Shown here: one piece after another, positions 38,772 to 52,221 of the stretch
How positions within the stretch are numbered: position 1 is the first letter of the stretch
Layout of the letters: each line of letters opens with the position of its first letter
Source: Phoronis australis
Lineage: Eukaryota > Animalia > Phoronida
Reading direction: 5' to 3'
Length of the DNA: 64,000 nucleotides
Assembly (NCBI GenBank): GCA_002633005.1
Contig: NMRA01000221.1
Span: 312,290 to 376,289 of the forward strand
Position numbers and translations under genes: made by a program
Notes under the pieces: generated by a model
The model's input: the letters and a program-made list of their open reading frames with translations, nothing else
What the model was told of the DNA's origin: nothing
Databases searched by the model: none

Positions 38772-41285
38772 AACTAAATTGGTGAATATAATCGACGTGT
38801 CGTAAACAGCTTTTTAGCTCAGTAAAGTTATATAGGAGTGAAGAAAAATGTGCAGTGTGTTCGTCTTCTCGTTTTTGAAAACCTTGCCAGTTGAGTAAAA
38901 GCGATGGAACAGATTTTGAGTGGTCTTAGCTCGGACTGGAGGCGGAACTTTTTTGAGTGAACTACAAATGAACTTGCCGTGGCTCTGGCTTAGGGGCCGG
39001 GAAGTGAACTAGGCCTATACCTGGGGTGGTTGCTTAGTGAGCGGACCGTCAACCGCCGGTGCGAGTGTAGAATACGTACGTCACGGCAGGCGTTTTAAGA
39101 GTCAACTGCGTCCACTGAGGGGGGCAAGTCAGCAGTGTGGCGGAGACTTGCAGTGGAGCATTTGAGTCGAATTTTGACTGTAGTGTGACGCTGAGAAATC
39201 AGGATACTCCCCCTACCCCCTCTTCCCCCACCCCCGGCCCTCCGTCAGATGGTAAGGCTCCAATTGCAGGGAGCTTCTGCGAAAAATATATCATCGCAAA
39301 GTTTTTCCGTAACTTATATAATCATTAACGACCACAATTAATAGGGTTGTTTATATAACTATGTTGAACTTACTGAAATAACCCTTTCGTGTGCAAGCTT
39401 TTAATAAATTGCAACCATGATTCTAACCGAAGACATGGGGCTTTCACAGTTGCATTGTTTACGTTTTACCAGCTGTTACTCCAAACCATTGAACTTAGGG
39501 TTACGTTGGTCAAACCCTCTTAACATTACTAAAGTTGATCGTCACACGTTACTCATCGTTGGCTAGTCGCCAAAAATGACCTTCGTTACGCAATCCGTTG
39601 CTTCATTTTTCTCAAGCCAGTGGTGACTCATTTGTTGAAGCGATTACGTGAGATTCGTTGAAGAGAATGTAGTCAAGACAATAATGTCAGTTCAGTAATG
39701 ACCTAAGTTTTTGTTGTGCATGCTCTGGTCGGCCCAGTCGGTTCATTTCAATATAAGACGTACTGGTGAGAAAGCCGCAAACCTGCCTTCTTATTTCTTA
39801 TCGCACGGTATATGTCATAGTGAACACTGCCTGAAAACTCCGGAATTAGATTCATATGTACCTGGGGATGATATCACAGACTTACACAAGTCTTATCACT
39901 GATGATAAGTATGCAGGTTATGAAACAAATGTCAGACGGCTTCAAGACTGAGAATGCAATTAAAATTTTCTCTCCAAAATCAGTTGCATTCAATAAAAAG
40001 TGCCGATGTTCGCCCGCCAACTAATTTATCATATCCTCAAAGATATCATAGTTGCGTAGTATATCTTTGATATCCGTTTAACGTTCGGCGGACGTTGACG
40101 GAACTAATCCTCAGATAGGCACAGCCCGACACTATATCAAAGATTTTATAGTTTGACTATATTGAAAAATGACCAATTGAGGGCGTCAAAGGAGCTGCGT
40201 CCTCAGAAGTGTAGCAAGTTCTTCTCAAGTCCAGAAGTCACTGCCAATTCCCAATATGCAAGATGGGACAGGCCGGCCAAGACGATCCGTGATGTCGCCG
40301 CTTCAGACAGGTCTTTCGTCTGTGCTGCCGCCTCTCGGCAATGGATTGCAGCTTTTGTCCAGTAACATAGCATGCATGATTGGTCATATAGAAATGACGG
40401 TGAATTATTTAGAAACGAACTTGAAGGCTGGACTTCCCACAGGGCACAGGCGCGGATCACCTCATCAGAATAATTCACTTTTACTTTTTATTCCATTTTG
40501 ACTTCAGCTGGGTAGTGACGGCAACGCATAGCTTTGTACGCGCATAGTACTCACTGAATGAAGGGTTCTTAAAGGAGTGCCCCCTGCGCGTTGAAATGTG
40601 CTTACTCAATGCCCAATTTTGCTTAATCAACGCGTAGTCTTGCGTAATCAACACGCTGAATTATTTGTTCAACGCGTTGCATTAGCGCTGGTGTTAGTTC
40701 GCAGCACTGATGCAACACCGTATCATGTAGAGGAGTTTGACAAGTCAATGCGACTGGCTACCATGGTGAGGTGTTGTCATGGCGCTTCCAGTCGAAACGC
40801 GTGCATAATAACGTTTAGGAATACAGTCAAGTTCCTATTGTATTGACTTTCTCATTTGGATAGTCACGTGAGTTGACCAGCCTGGATCCGTCCGTCGGGT
40901 TGAAAAACTGTTTAGCGGGTAGAAAATTTAACGTGCGCTGATTGAAAATATCAGGTAGTCTCGCGAGGTCTTCTAGAGTCACAACGGAGTCACGCGGAAC
41001 AAAAACCTAACAGGTGTCGTTACTTTGTCTTCTAAAAAGTTGCAGAACCATGTGCATCAAATGAATTCCAAATATCCTTTGAGCATCTTAAACAAGTGCA
41101 GGCTAAGGTGTACATCGCCCGGGTGCTGTTGCACCAACCAAGTGAGTGAACTTTTAAGCTTGTTGTCTTTACCGAGCGGACATCAGCGTGTAATTAAAAG
41201 TAAGACACAATTAGTGCGATGAGGGGCCTCTTTCTTTACTATTTACTAACTTCACGTCACTTTTATGATCAATCATGAGCCAAGA

Positions 41286-41500
41286 GGAGGCAGTGTAGCT
41301 TAGTGGGATAAAGTTGATGTCACCTTCCTTTACTCAAAGTCGTGGGTTCGAGTTCCACTGGAGCACATTGCTACACCCTTGAGTCAGGTCTCTGGCTCCT
41401 CAGCTCGGTTTTAACTTTATATTAATGAAGCATAACAATGGCTCCAGGTGATCAATGCAATGTGCTCATAAGAGCCGCCTGAGCACATCTGGTGACAACG
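41286..41500 (+). mobile_element. tRNA-derived SINE (degenerate)
   Basis: A box TAGCTTAGTGG (41296), B box GGTTCGAGTTC (41345), then a cccttgag core-like motif; 3' boundary approximate. Confidence 0.6.
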
Positions 41501-42084
41501 TGTACCTGACCGCCTGCAATTATTTTTTATAATCACGAGCCATAACAGATCGGAGCCACCTAGTCTCCGCTAGAAACTAGTCAAGTTGGAACATATTAAA
41601 TGTATGGAAGCCTCTCTTTCCCGGACTGCTTAGACGTTTCATCGTCCAAGGTTTCAGTCATTCTATGATCACCTTACATGAATTAGGTGACCTAGGCAAA
41701 TTCCCAAAGAATTCACGTGACAACAAATTTAATGCGTTCAATGTCATAAATTTTGCATTCACGTTTTAAACCCCAGATCTGAGCCCATATCCTAATGGAC
41801 AGTTGTCAAGTCCCAGATGTTGAACTATTTTGAGATTGGCCCCCTGCCAAGTTATCTCACGTTTTGCAGGCCTTGATAAGCGTGCCCCAGCTGACTGAAT
41901 CGGGTGATTAAATGAGCGTGTCGGGGCTACTGGAGGGCATTAATTCCGTAAGTAAACACCTATGCAGAGTGTTGCAGTACTTTTGGACGTAGATGTCAAA
42001 AGTAATTTTGTTTTGCTCATTGGAGAGTCAAAGTAGCAAAATCACTAACTCTCCGGTAACACTATTTCATCTCCGTACTACATT

Positions 42085-42583
42085 GGCGGATCTAGGATAC
42101 CATAAGGGGGGGGGCAACATGTTGTCTCGGGGAAGTGGGCAAAGCGCGATTGTATATGCAGCGCATGCCCGAAAGATGCCGGGCCGGGCATGTGAAGCTT
42201 CTGTCCAGGAAATCTACCTGTAGACTAAAAAAAAAACGTAATCTGGGGTCTGAGCCCCCTTTCTGTGCTACCGGTCCTATTTCCTCACGTTTCACGCTGT
42301 TACTGTTCCATTTTGCTTGCAGTAGCCAGCCAAGGGGGGGGGGGGGNNNNNNNNNNNNNNNNNNNNNNNNNNNNNNNNNNNNNGGGGGGGGGGGCTTGCG
42401 CCTATGTACTATATTTGGTAAAATCAATCTTTAACATCTAAACCAACATTCGCGGATCTAGGGGGTCCAACCACAATTGTCAAAGGAGAAATGACCACAT
42501 AGTCCCTCAAACTTCATTGCACAGACTTACACTTCTTCTTTAATCGTGTACGTGGGAGGCAGTGGTTCCCTAAATCCGCCTGC
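42085..42583. mobile_element. GGCGGATCTAG-type MITE remnants around an N gap (42347-42383); another end at ~46537
   Basis: ggcggatctagg (42086), cgcggatctaggggg (42451), ccctaaatccgcc (~42568-42580) and ggcggattcagggg (~46540). Confidence 0.45.
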
Positions 42584-43925
42584 GAAAAGAAAACATGATA
42601 TATCCGAAAGAACGCCAATATCTGTTCAGGTTGCTCTAACTGTGCAATTAAAATTGTTTCAATATTTTGATATTTAAAAATGGTGTCTGTTCACCATTCA
42701 CAACTTGTAACCACCGCATCTGAGAGCCAATGATGAATTTCTTGAATAGAATCATAATGGGGACAAGGTGCCTAAGTTGGCAGTGATAAAAACGGTTTTG
42801 TTGTATCGACCAAGCCATGGTTTGCCCACTAATTTTTTGTGCAGCGTGATCTCTGGCTATGCGCTTGTAACGCATGGCAATTACATCTCACGAAGTCTTG
42901 CTTGATCTTGCGCTTTTCCGAGTTTCGTGGTTCTACGGATGCCAGATTAAACCTAATTGCGAATGCAAGGAACAAACTTGGCAGAAAATTTGAAAACGCA
43001 TTATAGCACGATTTATGAGCGACTTTTGCACTTTCTTGTTTAGGAGTCGAATGCTATTCCCAAGCGTATATGGATGTCACCAAAACACAAAAACCTACTA
43101 ACTGCTCACTCTTTCACAGTGCTACGAGTCAGAATAGGTGACGCTGTGTCAGAGGGGACTACAAACAGTTGATCATTTACTATTGACATCTTGTTATCAT
43201 TTCGTCTCTAACTTGCTATAACACAACTACACAAGCGGCAATTGCAATTTTAGTGTTTGAACTCGCCTTATTCAATGTCATCTCTCACCAACCAGGGTTG
43301 CAAATTACGCGCCCCCATCTTACCACACAAACCTTGTTCGTTAATTGCCGTGAAATGGGAACGAAATGTTCATTTATTTTTGGAGGGAGGGAAATATATA
43401 AAGTTGTGTAAGAAAACCTGCACTGTCTTTTCCAGTTATTGTGCGTAAAAAGACCATTGCGTTATATCGTGTTTTACAGTAAAATTCTCTATTCTACAAA
43501 AGTCGGTCAAATTGTACCGAGGTTACATGTATATCCACCACAATCTGTACTAATCTGCACGCAGCGCCCCTTTCGGATGTCAGTTCAAGCCGCAGTGGAG
43601 CATTCGATTGCAAAAAACAATCGTTGAATTCCATTTGGTGCTAAAACAACTTGCCGTTATTACAAAGCTCGAAGAAATATTTCACCCGGCAAAAGCTACT
43701 TGTGACAAGTTGAGAAATATCGCTCAACAAAATTGTGCTCGAACTCTGCTTTTTTCTCGCGCATGAAACTAACGAGCTCACAGGCCCATGCAGTATAAGT
43801 TATGCGCAATGCGTGTAACGAAACGGTTCACCGAATACCAAAATCAACACAAATGCGCTCCATGGAGTTGCAAGACACAGCTCGGGCAATGTTAAATTAG
43901 TTAAAATTACAATACACACTTCGTG

Positions 43926-44014
43926 TAGAGTATTTTTACCACCGTGGTAAAAATACTCTAGAAATGTCTAGTGCATGCATTATGGTGACCATAATGCATG
44001 CACTACACATTTCT
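43926..44014. repeat. Two abutting near-perfect palindromes
   Basis: 17-bp perfect arms around 43943; 27-bp arms with one mismatch around 43987. Confidence 0.9.
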
Positions 44015-44064
44015 TGTCAAAATGAAATCTCAGTCAAGGAAGTGCGTAGCTAGTGATCCCTAAT

Positions 44065-44302
44065 CATGCGCGCATCCGAAGTGGCGAAGTGGCAAAAAGT
44101 TGGCCTCAGAGAAACAAAATGTCCGAAAAAGTAGAAAAACGAGACAAAAGCCCACGAAAAAGGCCCTAACTAACATGATTCGGCGAATGCACAATTCGTA
44201 GCACTGAACATGCCCCGTTTTTTAAGTAAAAGGTCCACATTCTCAAAAGGTACACATTCTCAAAAATTGGAGTTCCCCATTTTTAAGCTGGCTGCACGCA
44301 TG
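44065..44302 (+). mobile_element. CATG-terminated MITE, family copy 2 (diverged)
   Basis: Ends catgcgcgca/tgcacgcatg; shares tggcgaagtgg..aaaaag and gcacaattc..agcac with copy 1. Confidence 0.6.
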
Positions 44303-45700
44303 ATAGTGCCACTGGTGATTATGGTATGTCACGAAGCTCTTCCAAATTCAATTATCGTTTAGATTATTCATTTGTTTTGTGTATTGCGGCTTTCAGACAT
44401 TTGTGTATTGCGCGGCATATATGTTGGCATTCAATGGCCATGGCATTCTTCGTTGTGTATTCTAAACCTTTGGAGTACTGCAAAACCAAACTAATTTGGA
44501 GTAAATGATATACACTGTCCCATGTTGTTTTCAAAGATTTGAACAATCGAAAGTCAATGCAAAGATGAGTCCATCAATCGAAACTGACATAGCACATTGG
44601 GAAATGAACTCCACAATACACCGACGAACAGTGTCATGACATCGGAATGAACCCCTTGTAAATACCTTAATATGCAAGTGTGCCTGTTGTGGCGCAAGAC
44701 GGTCAGTGTTTATTTACATTGCATACATTACACCCTTCCGCATTTTCCCGCTTATTTGAGGAAAACAGGTCATTTTCAGGTCACGCCATAGCTAGCCTGA
44801 GATCTTCATTGTTGACCTCGAATTGACCCAGGGCACACACAAGTTCATGTAACATTATCAATGAAGATTGTGATCTGTTTATTAGCAGTTATTAAACGTA
44901 CACATTTTAGTTATTTGTGGTAATTCCAAGTGGTAATTACATTATTGGTAGAAGATAATCCGACGGTTGACATTCGCCTGACCCCATCCCAGTTGTCATG
45001 TTTCGTGCAATATAGATGGCGTAGTGAGAAACAGCCGCGAAGACCGAGAGATCCCCGGCATATATTGCCGTATTATAAAAAGGCACAGACTTTTTATTGT
45101 ACATATTTGGACTTGGCTATTTGGGGGACGCGTGACATAGCTTTGAAGGAATTAATACAAACCCCCGGTCCAACACCAATTAAACCCTGTCCTCCGCAAT
45201 CAATTCTCTTTTCCACGTTGCCACCAATTTCCATCCCTGGTCGCCTACCGATTTCTTCCCCACTTGTGAATAACTCACTGTCCCCACTACTGAAATTTAC
45301 CACACGCTGGCTGCTAGTTTGTGCCCCCTGGCCTCCGGCTAACCAATCTCAACTCCCGATCGTCCACCAATTCTGACCTCGCTTGGCGGCGCCACTGACC
45401 CTTTCTCCTCCCCGCTGTAGCCGCCAATTCTATCCTCTTGTCTTTCTCCGGCACTCCTTTTTTCCGCTGCGAGTTTCATGCGGCCCGAATTTTACTTACT
45501 TTTTGCTAGAATTTGGGGGAAGGGCAATTGCCCCTCGGGTCTATATCCCTACACCATATGTCCAGGGCCCGGCGGGACAAGGCAACAGTCCATTGCTTAG
45601 TTGGAAATAATTGAAGGGGACTGACAGGCCCAGGTAGACATCTCGAGCTGCAGAATGGCCTGAAACCTTGAACACAGGGACCTCATTGTTGATACTATTT

Positions 45701-45889
45701 CATGCGCGCACTGACCCAGCCTTCAATATGGGAGGGCTCGAATTCTTGGCGGTGTGGACATTTTACTGACAAATTCAGTAGGTCGACAAAAAACAGTACC
45801 ACTATCGGAGCTCTACGTGCTGTGGATTGTGCGTTTGCACCTTTTTACTGGACTTTTACATCGTTTTCTCGGACATTTTATCTCTGAGG
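45701..45889 (-). mobile_element. CATG-terminated MITE, family copy 3, inverted and truncated at N 45890
   Basis: cccagccttcaat...gggctcgaattcttggcg and aaaaaacagtaccactatcggagct are reverse complements of copy 1. Confidence 0.7.
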
Positions 45890-47150
45890 NGTCTTTCAGT
45901 CTGTCGTCGCGTCATACATCATGATTTCCCTCTCATACTTAGTCGACGTAACAGTTTTCATCTCCAAGTTTCTGTATCCGACTCACTGATCGTAGCCACC
46001 TTAGGTCTTCGGCTCGTTACAAGCTCACGACAGTTGTTAAGTGGTCTGCGTTACAACCCAATTGAAGGGGCCGAGCATCGGTCCTCTGACTCTCAACCAA
46101 AAATTATTCTTCCGTCACAATTTTTTTTTGGTTTACCTGACCACTTTCCATTGCCTCAAAAATCCAGCTCCCCAGAATAGGTGTGGTAAGTGAGCTCTCG
46201 GGTACGAAGTCCGTGGCCCCAGGCCTTAATTTGACTGAAGTACACGCCGGGGTTTATTATTATCACACAATTCGCCACAGTTAACATTCGATCCCGAGAA
46301 TACTGCAACTAAGATCGGGACACAATTGGGTTGACTGAAAAGGTAGGCCGAGTCGTGTGAAAAATCACGATGATGATAGGCCTATATGGTAAATAAACCA
46401 TTTCTGTCGGGTGTAAAAACTTGATGCGGAACATTTTGCTGATGTAACGGCCTGTCGCGGCACACTGGCTGGCCTAAATACCTTCAAGTTGCCCGACCCC
46501 ACGCCAACACTGAGAGTACATTAAATGAATATATGCATAGGCGGATTCAGGGGTGGTCGGGGTCTGGACCCTTTTCCCTCGATTTTAGTGATATCAAAAC
46601 TAGAATTCTCAAACTGAGAAACCTGGCTCGCCAGACCCGGCGGAGCAGTTTGCTCGTTGGTTCCCGCGTGTGTATATCATGATAGTCACTGTGTTCTTGC
46701 CGCTTACCTGCGACACGCTGGCAAGCAGCAAGAGTAGTTTGTGGTATGTACAGCGCCACCTATTATCCATTCTCTATACTGTCGCGTAAGCGATTTTGAG
46801 ACAAATTTAGGATTTACAGCGAATGGTTTGTAAAAATAAATCACTTTCACGAAGCTGTCTGAATGGAATGTCAACGATAAGGAAAAATAGTCGTGCTTGT
46901 GCAGAGATTTTGAGCCCGGCGAAGCTGAGCCTCACATTTGACATTTGACGTCACCCGGGAGATAGTGTATAACAAATATGGCGGATCATGGAATGAAAGT
47001 GAACATTCCGCGTTGACTTTCTCGGGCGACTTTCCACAGATTGGTTGTTTAGGTAATGCTATGTTTGTCATTATACTTGTGTAAATCTGTTCGTCTGAAG
47101 TGTTGTAAATTCTATAAAAACTTCGTAACCGTCTACAGGCTGTTTAGTAA

Positions 47151-50012
47151 ATTTATGACTTTTTGTCCGGTTTATTACTTAATAATAGGTCGGCGGTCGG
47201 ACAATGAACCACTGATTTAGAAAGTTAATTTCATCCACTAAACAGCTGAACGAGAGGTTCGTTATTCAGTGATTACTCAGTTCTCTAAATCATGGACCGC
47301 TGTACTCAACCGGTGCCAAATAATCTAGCCTGACGTGGAGGGAATGTGAAGGTCAAGGTTGTCTGCTCATTTGCATTGCTAAGTTGGATGATAGACACAT
47401 CGTCATCAGGCAGTGTAAGGCACCCTTGACTGTACACTTGATTCTTGATGCCTGACTGATGGTCAAGAGGCTGATAATGTACATTGTATTTATTTAAATG
47501 TACGGTACATAGGACCCTCGCTCACCTGAGATTAGTCTTGGTACAAAGCTGTATACAGCTTTGCGCTGATGTGGGTAAAAAAGTGGTAAGATAAAATCCG
47601 ACACAAAATTGGTGACATTAAAAACTACAGTCTTCCTTGAGTAAACTAAATTGCTTAAAGGTGTTGGAAAAAAGGCGTTCCACTGTTATTCTGCTGCTAA
47701 AGTTGTGGAGCGATCTTTAGTGACGGCTTTCGGCACCATGAAATATTGCATCACCTATTGGCCAGTTTCTTTTTTCGCCGATTCTTCAATCAACTGTTGT
47801 TCGTTCTCAAGGTTGCATAGACGTCACAACAAATTATCGGAATTGGTTTCATTTCATTATAAGTTTTTAAAATTTTGATACCAGCAAATAGAATTTCAGA
47901 AAAAAAGTTGCTGCTGCCTAGCTATCATCATCTCCCGAGAGATGTCGCAAAAACTTAAGAAATGGCGCGTGTCACGAGCAGATTGTTTTTGAAATGACGA
48001 AATAATTTTCGTTCGTTAGAAAAGGCCGAGGATTACGCAAGAAACTGACGATTATTAGATGAGTGAGTGTCATTTGATTCCCAGATTTTGCATTGCCCCA
48101 TCCGATCTTTAGCTCTACATGTTGATACAAGTTTTACGGCAAAGTGACAAGCAGAACTACCCTGGCTGTGTGCAATTTCGGGGTCTACGGAAGATTGACG
48201 CACAGTGATACCTAGCTGTATTTTGACGATAGTCTTCATACAGCAGCTGGCTGGCTAACCTGAGACTTAATTACCATGAAAGTTAGAGTCAGGTCTGGCT
48301 TGGCTGGCAGATAGGTAGGCAGTTACATCGCCATGAATGCCGCAGCCATACAGGGATGATAGTACATTCCCTTAAAAAGTTACTCATTTCAAAATACAGC
48401 AAATAAAATCAAATGAAATACACATATAGGCACATATAGTTATAATTAACACATACCATGACTCTGGATACAATTTAGTCAACATAACTTGAACATACCC
48501 ATGAAAATCTGTCACGGTTTGCTGGAGTTTCTCTTACCGGGTGCCATTTTGAGGAAGTCACGTGAAATCACGCATGTTGANATTTATGACTTTTTGTCCG
48601 GTTTAATACTTAATAATAGGTCGGCGGTCGGACAATGAACCACTGATTTAGAAAGTTTATTTCATCCACTAAACAGCTGAACGAGAGGTTCGTTATTCAG
48701 TGATTACTCAGTTCTCTAAATCATGGACCGCTATATTCAACCGGTGCCAAATAATCTAGCCTGACGTGGAGGGGAATGTGAAGGTCAAGGTTGTCTGCTC
48801 ATTTGCATTGCTAAGTTGGATGATAGACACATCGTCATCAGGCAGTGTAAGGCACCCTTGACTGTACACTTGATTCTTAATGCCTGACTGATGGTCAGGA
48901 GGCTGATAATGTACATTGTATTTATTTAAATGTACGGTACGTAGGACCCTCGCTCATCTGAGACTAGTCTTGGTACAAAGCTGTATACAGCTTTGCGCTG
49001 ATGTGGGTAAAAAAGTGGTAAGATAAAATGTGACACAAAATTGGTGTCATTAAAAACTACAGTCTTCCTTGAGTAAACTAAATTGTTTAAAGGTGTTGGA
49101 AAAAATGGCGTTCCACCATTATTTTGCTGCTAAAGTTGTGGAGAGATCTTTAGTGACGGCTTTCGGCGCCATGAAATATTGCATCACCTATTGGCCAGTT
49201 TCTTTTTCGCCGATTCTTCAATCAACTGTTGTTCGTTCTCAAGGTTGCATACACGTCACAACAAATTATCGGAATTGGTTTCATTTCATTATAAGTTTTC
49301 AAATTTTGATACCAGCAAACAGAATTTCAGAAAAAAATTTGCTGCTGCCAAGCTATCATCATCTCCCAAGAGATGTCGCAAAAACTTAAGAAATGGCACG
49401 TGTCACGAGCAGATTGTTTTTGAAATGACGACATAATTTTCCTTCGTTAGAAAAGGCAGAGGATTATGCAAGAAACTGACGTTTATTAGATGAGTAAGTG
49501 TCATTTGATTCCCAGATTTTGCATTGCCCCATCCGATCTTTAGCTCTACATGTTGATACAAGTTTCACGGCAAGGTGACAAGCAGAACTACCCTGGCTGT
49601 GTGCAATTTCGGGGTCTACGGAAGATTGACACACAGTGATACCTAGCTGTATTTTGGTGATAGTCTTCATACAGCAGCTGGCTGGCTAACCTGAGACTTA
49701 ATTACCATGAAAGTTAAGAGTCAGGTCTGGCTTGGCTGGCAGATAGGTAGGCAGTTACATCGCCATGAATGCCGCAGCCATACAGGGATGATAGTACATT
49801 CCCTTAAAAAGTTACTCATTTCAAAATACAGCAAATAAAATCAAATGAAATACACATATAGGCACATATAGTTATAATTAACACATACCATGACTCTGGA
49901 TACAATTTAGTCAACATAACTTGAACATACCCATGAAAATCTGTCACGGTTTGCTGGAGTTTCTCTTACCGGGTGCCATTTTGAGGAAGTCACGTGAAAT
50001 CACGCATGTTGA
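47151..50012 (+). repeat. ~1.43-kb tandem duplication (47151-48580 / 48582-50012) joined by a single N at 48581; probable allelic assembly artefact
   Basis: Near-identical copies with SNPs, an identical final ~300 bp, and an N exactly at the junction. Confidence 0.9.
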
Positions 50013-51343
50013 TGAATAAAAAGTCCAACGGACACAAATCGTACAATTTCACCTAATATCTTCCCATGCTATTTAGCAAGTGTCATGCGCCAGTGTCATG
50101 ACCTCCAATCAGTGTTGTGCTAGCCTTTGCCTAATTCACGTGACTCAGTTGAAATACTTTGTGGTTATCGCGTGCACGGTAACCAAAAAGTGAACTTGGA
50201 ATTCTTTGCCAAAGTCACCTTAATTCTCATAGCTATGCTTCATCATAGATATGTGTAGAAACAGAAAGGACCACTGAAGAAAGTAAGCGCTTTTTTAAGT
50301 GATACTTTGAAGTGTAGAATGTATTTTTGACGAGGTTAAAACTCTCAATCGGTGAGCGGATTTCGTCTACCGCCTGTTTAAAATACACGGGATGAAATTA
50401 ATACAGAAAGTGATGGGGAGTATTGTAGCCCCTAACCGGCCAACTGAGGGGCTACGTGTTGCCTACCAGATGGGTGACTTCTCTATAAGGTAATGGCTCT
50501 GTATCTTTACATTTGACCGTGAGCAAATTAACTGTAATGACATTCAGTCTGCAATTTTGTTGATGGAATGAAAGACTACAGAACTAAAAATGTTGAATGC
50601 GAGAGGACTTGATGGAGCAGGGAATAGTTAAAGACATCAGCAGCCTCCTGAGGTGTCCCTCTATGCTCAGAGGTACTCAATAGCAACACGACGGTGAAGG
50701 TTTAGTCAGTTTGAGGCATAATTTGTTGAAAATGTACAAAAATGCCATTAGGAGGTACAGCAAATTATTGCCTGGACCTATGCAGGGATCATTACCACCA
50801 GGCTTATATGCGAAATCATCTCTGCGATCCTTTAAGGAACCTTGTGAAATTTGCTTTGTAAATGGATCTGTTCAAGGGCTGTCTGGAGTGTGGCATCGGT
50901 TCCTCGTTATGACAAAATGTTCTTGAGCTATTGGAGATTTTCTGACTTGAAGATTGCTCTTTTATTGACTGATTCTTCGGTGCACTTTTTTGGTTTATCG
51001 TTTACTCTACATTGGTGCCATGGGCATCGGGGGTTTGGTGTTCTTGGTGTCGTCATTGACCTCACTTCTAAACTTTTCATTGGATTTCACCAAACGTTAC
51101 TCGCTCCTCAGAGCTCATTAACATTGTATTGAACCTGAAAACGTGTTTTCTAAGCTCATTATAACTCTAAGCTCAATATAACTAACTCAGCGAACACCAC
51201 AAATAATTAATTACCCACAAAAATTGATTGGATATATCTCATGACTATATCCATTATAGTCTGTTGCAATGAGAAGCTGAGTACCGTTCAATTTTCGAAC
51301 TATCATTAAAGCGAATAAGGTACGTTTGGTCAAAGACATGAAG

Positions 51344-51512
51344 GTTTGGTTTAGACCCACACTGCAAACATGAGGCATGTCTTTTGGGGTTAGACCACAC
51401 ACGGCCAATATGAAGTGTGGCTTTTGGGCTTAGACGCATACAGCCAATATGAGTCCTGGCTTTCGGGGTTAGACCATATGTGGCCAATATGAGGTGTAGC
51501 TTTGGGCGTAGA
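51344..51512. repeat. Diverged ~40-bp tandem repeat, about 4 copies, three containing GCCAAT
   Basis: Recurring ttt.gggg.tagac.....gccaatatga....gc unit. Confidence 0.75.
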
Positions 51513-52221
51513 TAGCTCACTTATTTAATGCTTGAGATCGACCATTGTTTCTGCATAACATGAACTGCCAACTGGTTGAGTCCGATCTTGAGCAGTAACA
51601 ACCAGTCAGTGTCAGGGGCTTCAACGAAATTTGGTGGAACTCAGAATTCCGGCAAATTCGTGTCCTAGTGCAAATTTTTCTAGTAAAATTGCTTGAAAAA
51701 ACATAAGCCTTAGATTACTTCCGCCAATTTTCACGTGGGAATGTCACCGTTTTATTGACTCTTCTCGTGTATAAAACTTGTGTGTGTATATACCTCTTTG
51801 AAGGTCGTAAACGTGTTTACAGATGAGCGTTGTTTAACGTAGTGTATCGATTAACTCTTTGTGATTGGCTGTCGTACTTGCATTTGTAATGAAGTGGTGA
51901 AAAATTGATAAACATTTTCATGCAGCGTGTGTATGGTGCAGACTAAATGTGATTTTATGTTGTTTAGTTCATATCTTGTGTGGGAAAAGTTACGAATAAT
52001 AACAGGCATTTTGCGCATGCTAATCATGTGAGGAATTGCTTTATTTCAAAAATTCTTTAGGAAGATTTTGACGATGGAATTGTAACAGTGCTCGTGGCTT
52101 TAATAATTTTTATTTGAAATTTCTTCATCGTTTCTTGCAGGTCATGTATCTGAAGGAAAAGAAATGAGGAAAATGGATCAGTGTTGAAGGAACTGCTGAA
52201 TTCTTCCGGTGCTGATGCACT

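Noticed and set aside
47651-49670. Paired ORFs in the 47-50 kb region
   Set aside because: They fall in a dispersed non-coding repeat duplicated by the probable assembly artefact; frames differ between copies
50170-50184. X-box upstream of the TRPV 5' UTR exon (GTGCACGGTAAC)
   Set aside because: Only one good half-site; too weak despite known RFX control of fly iav
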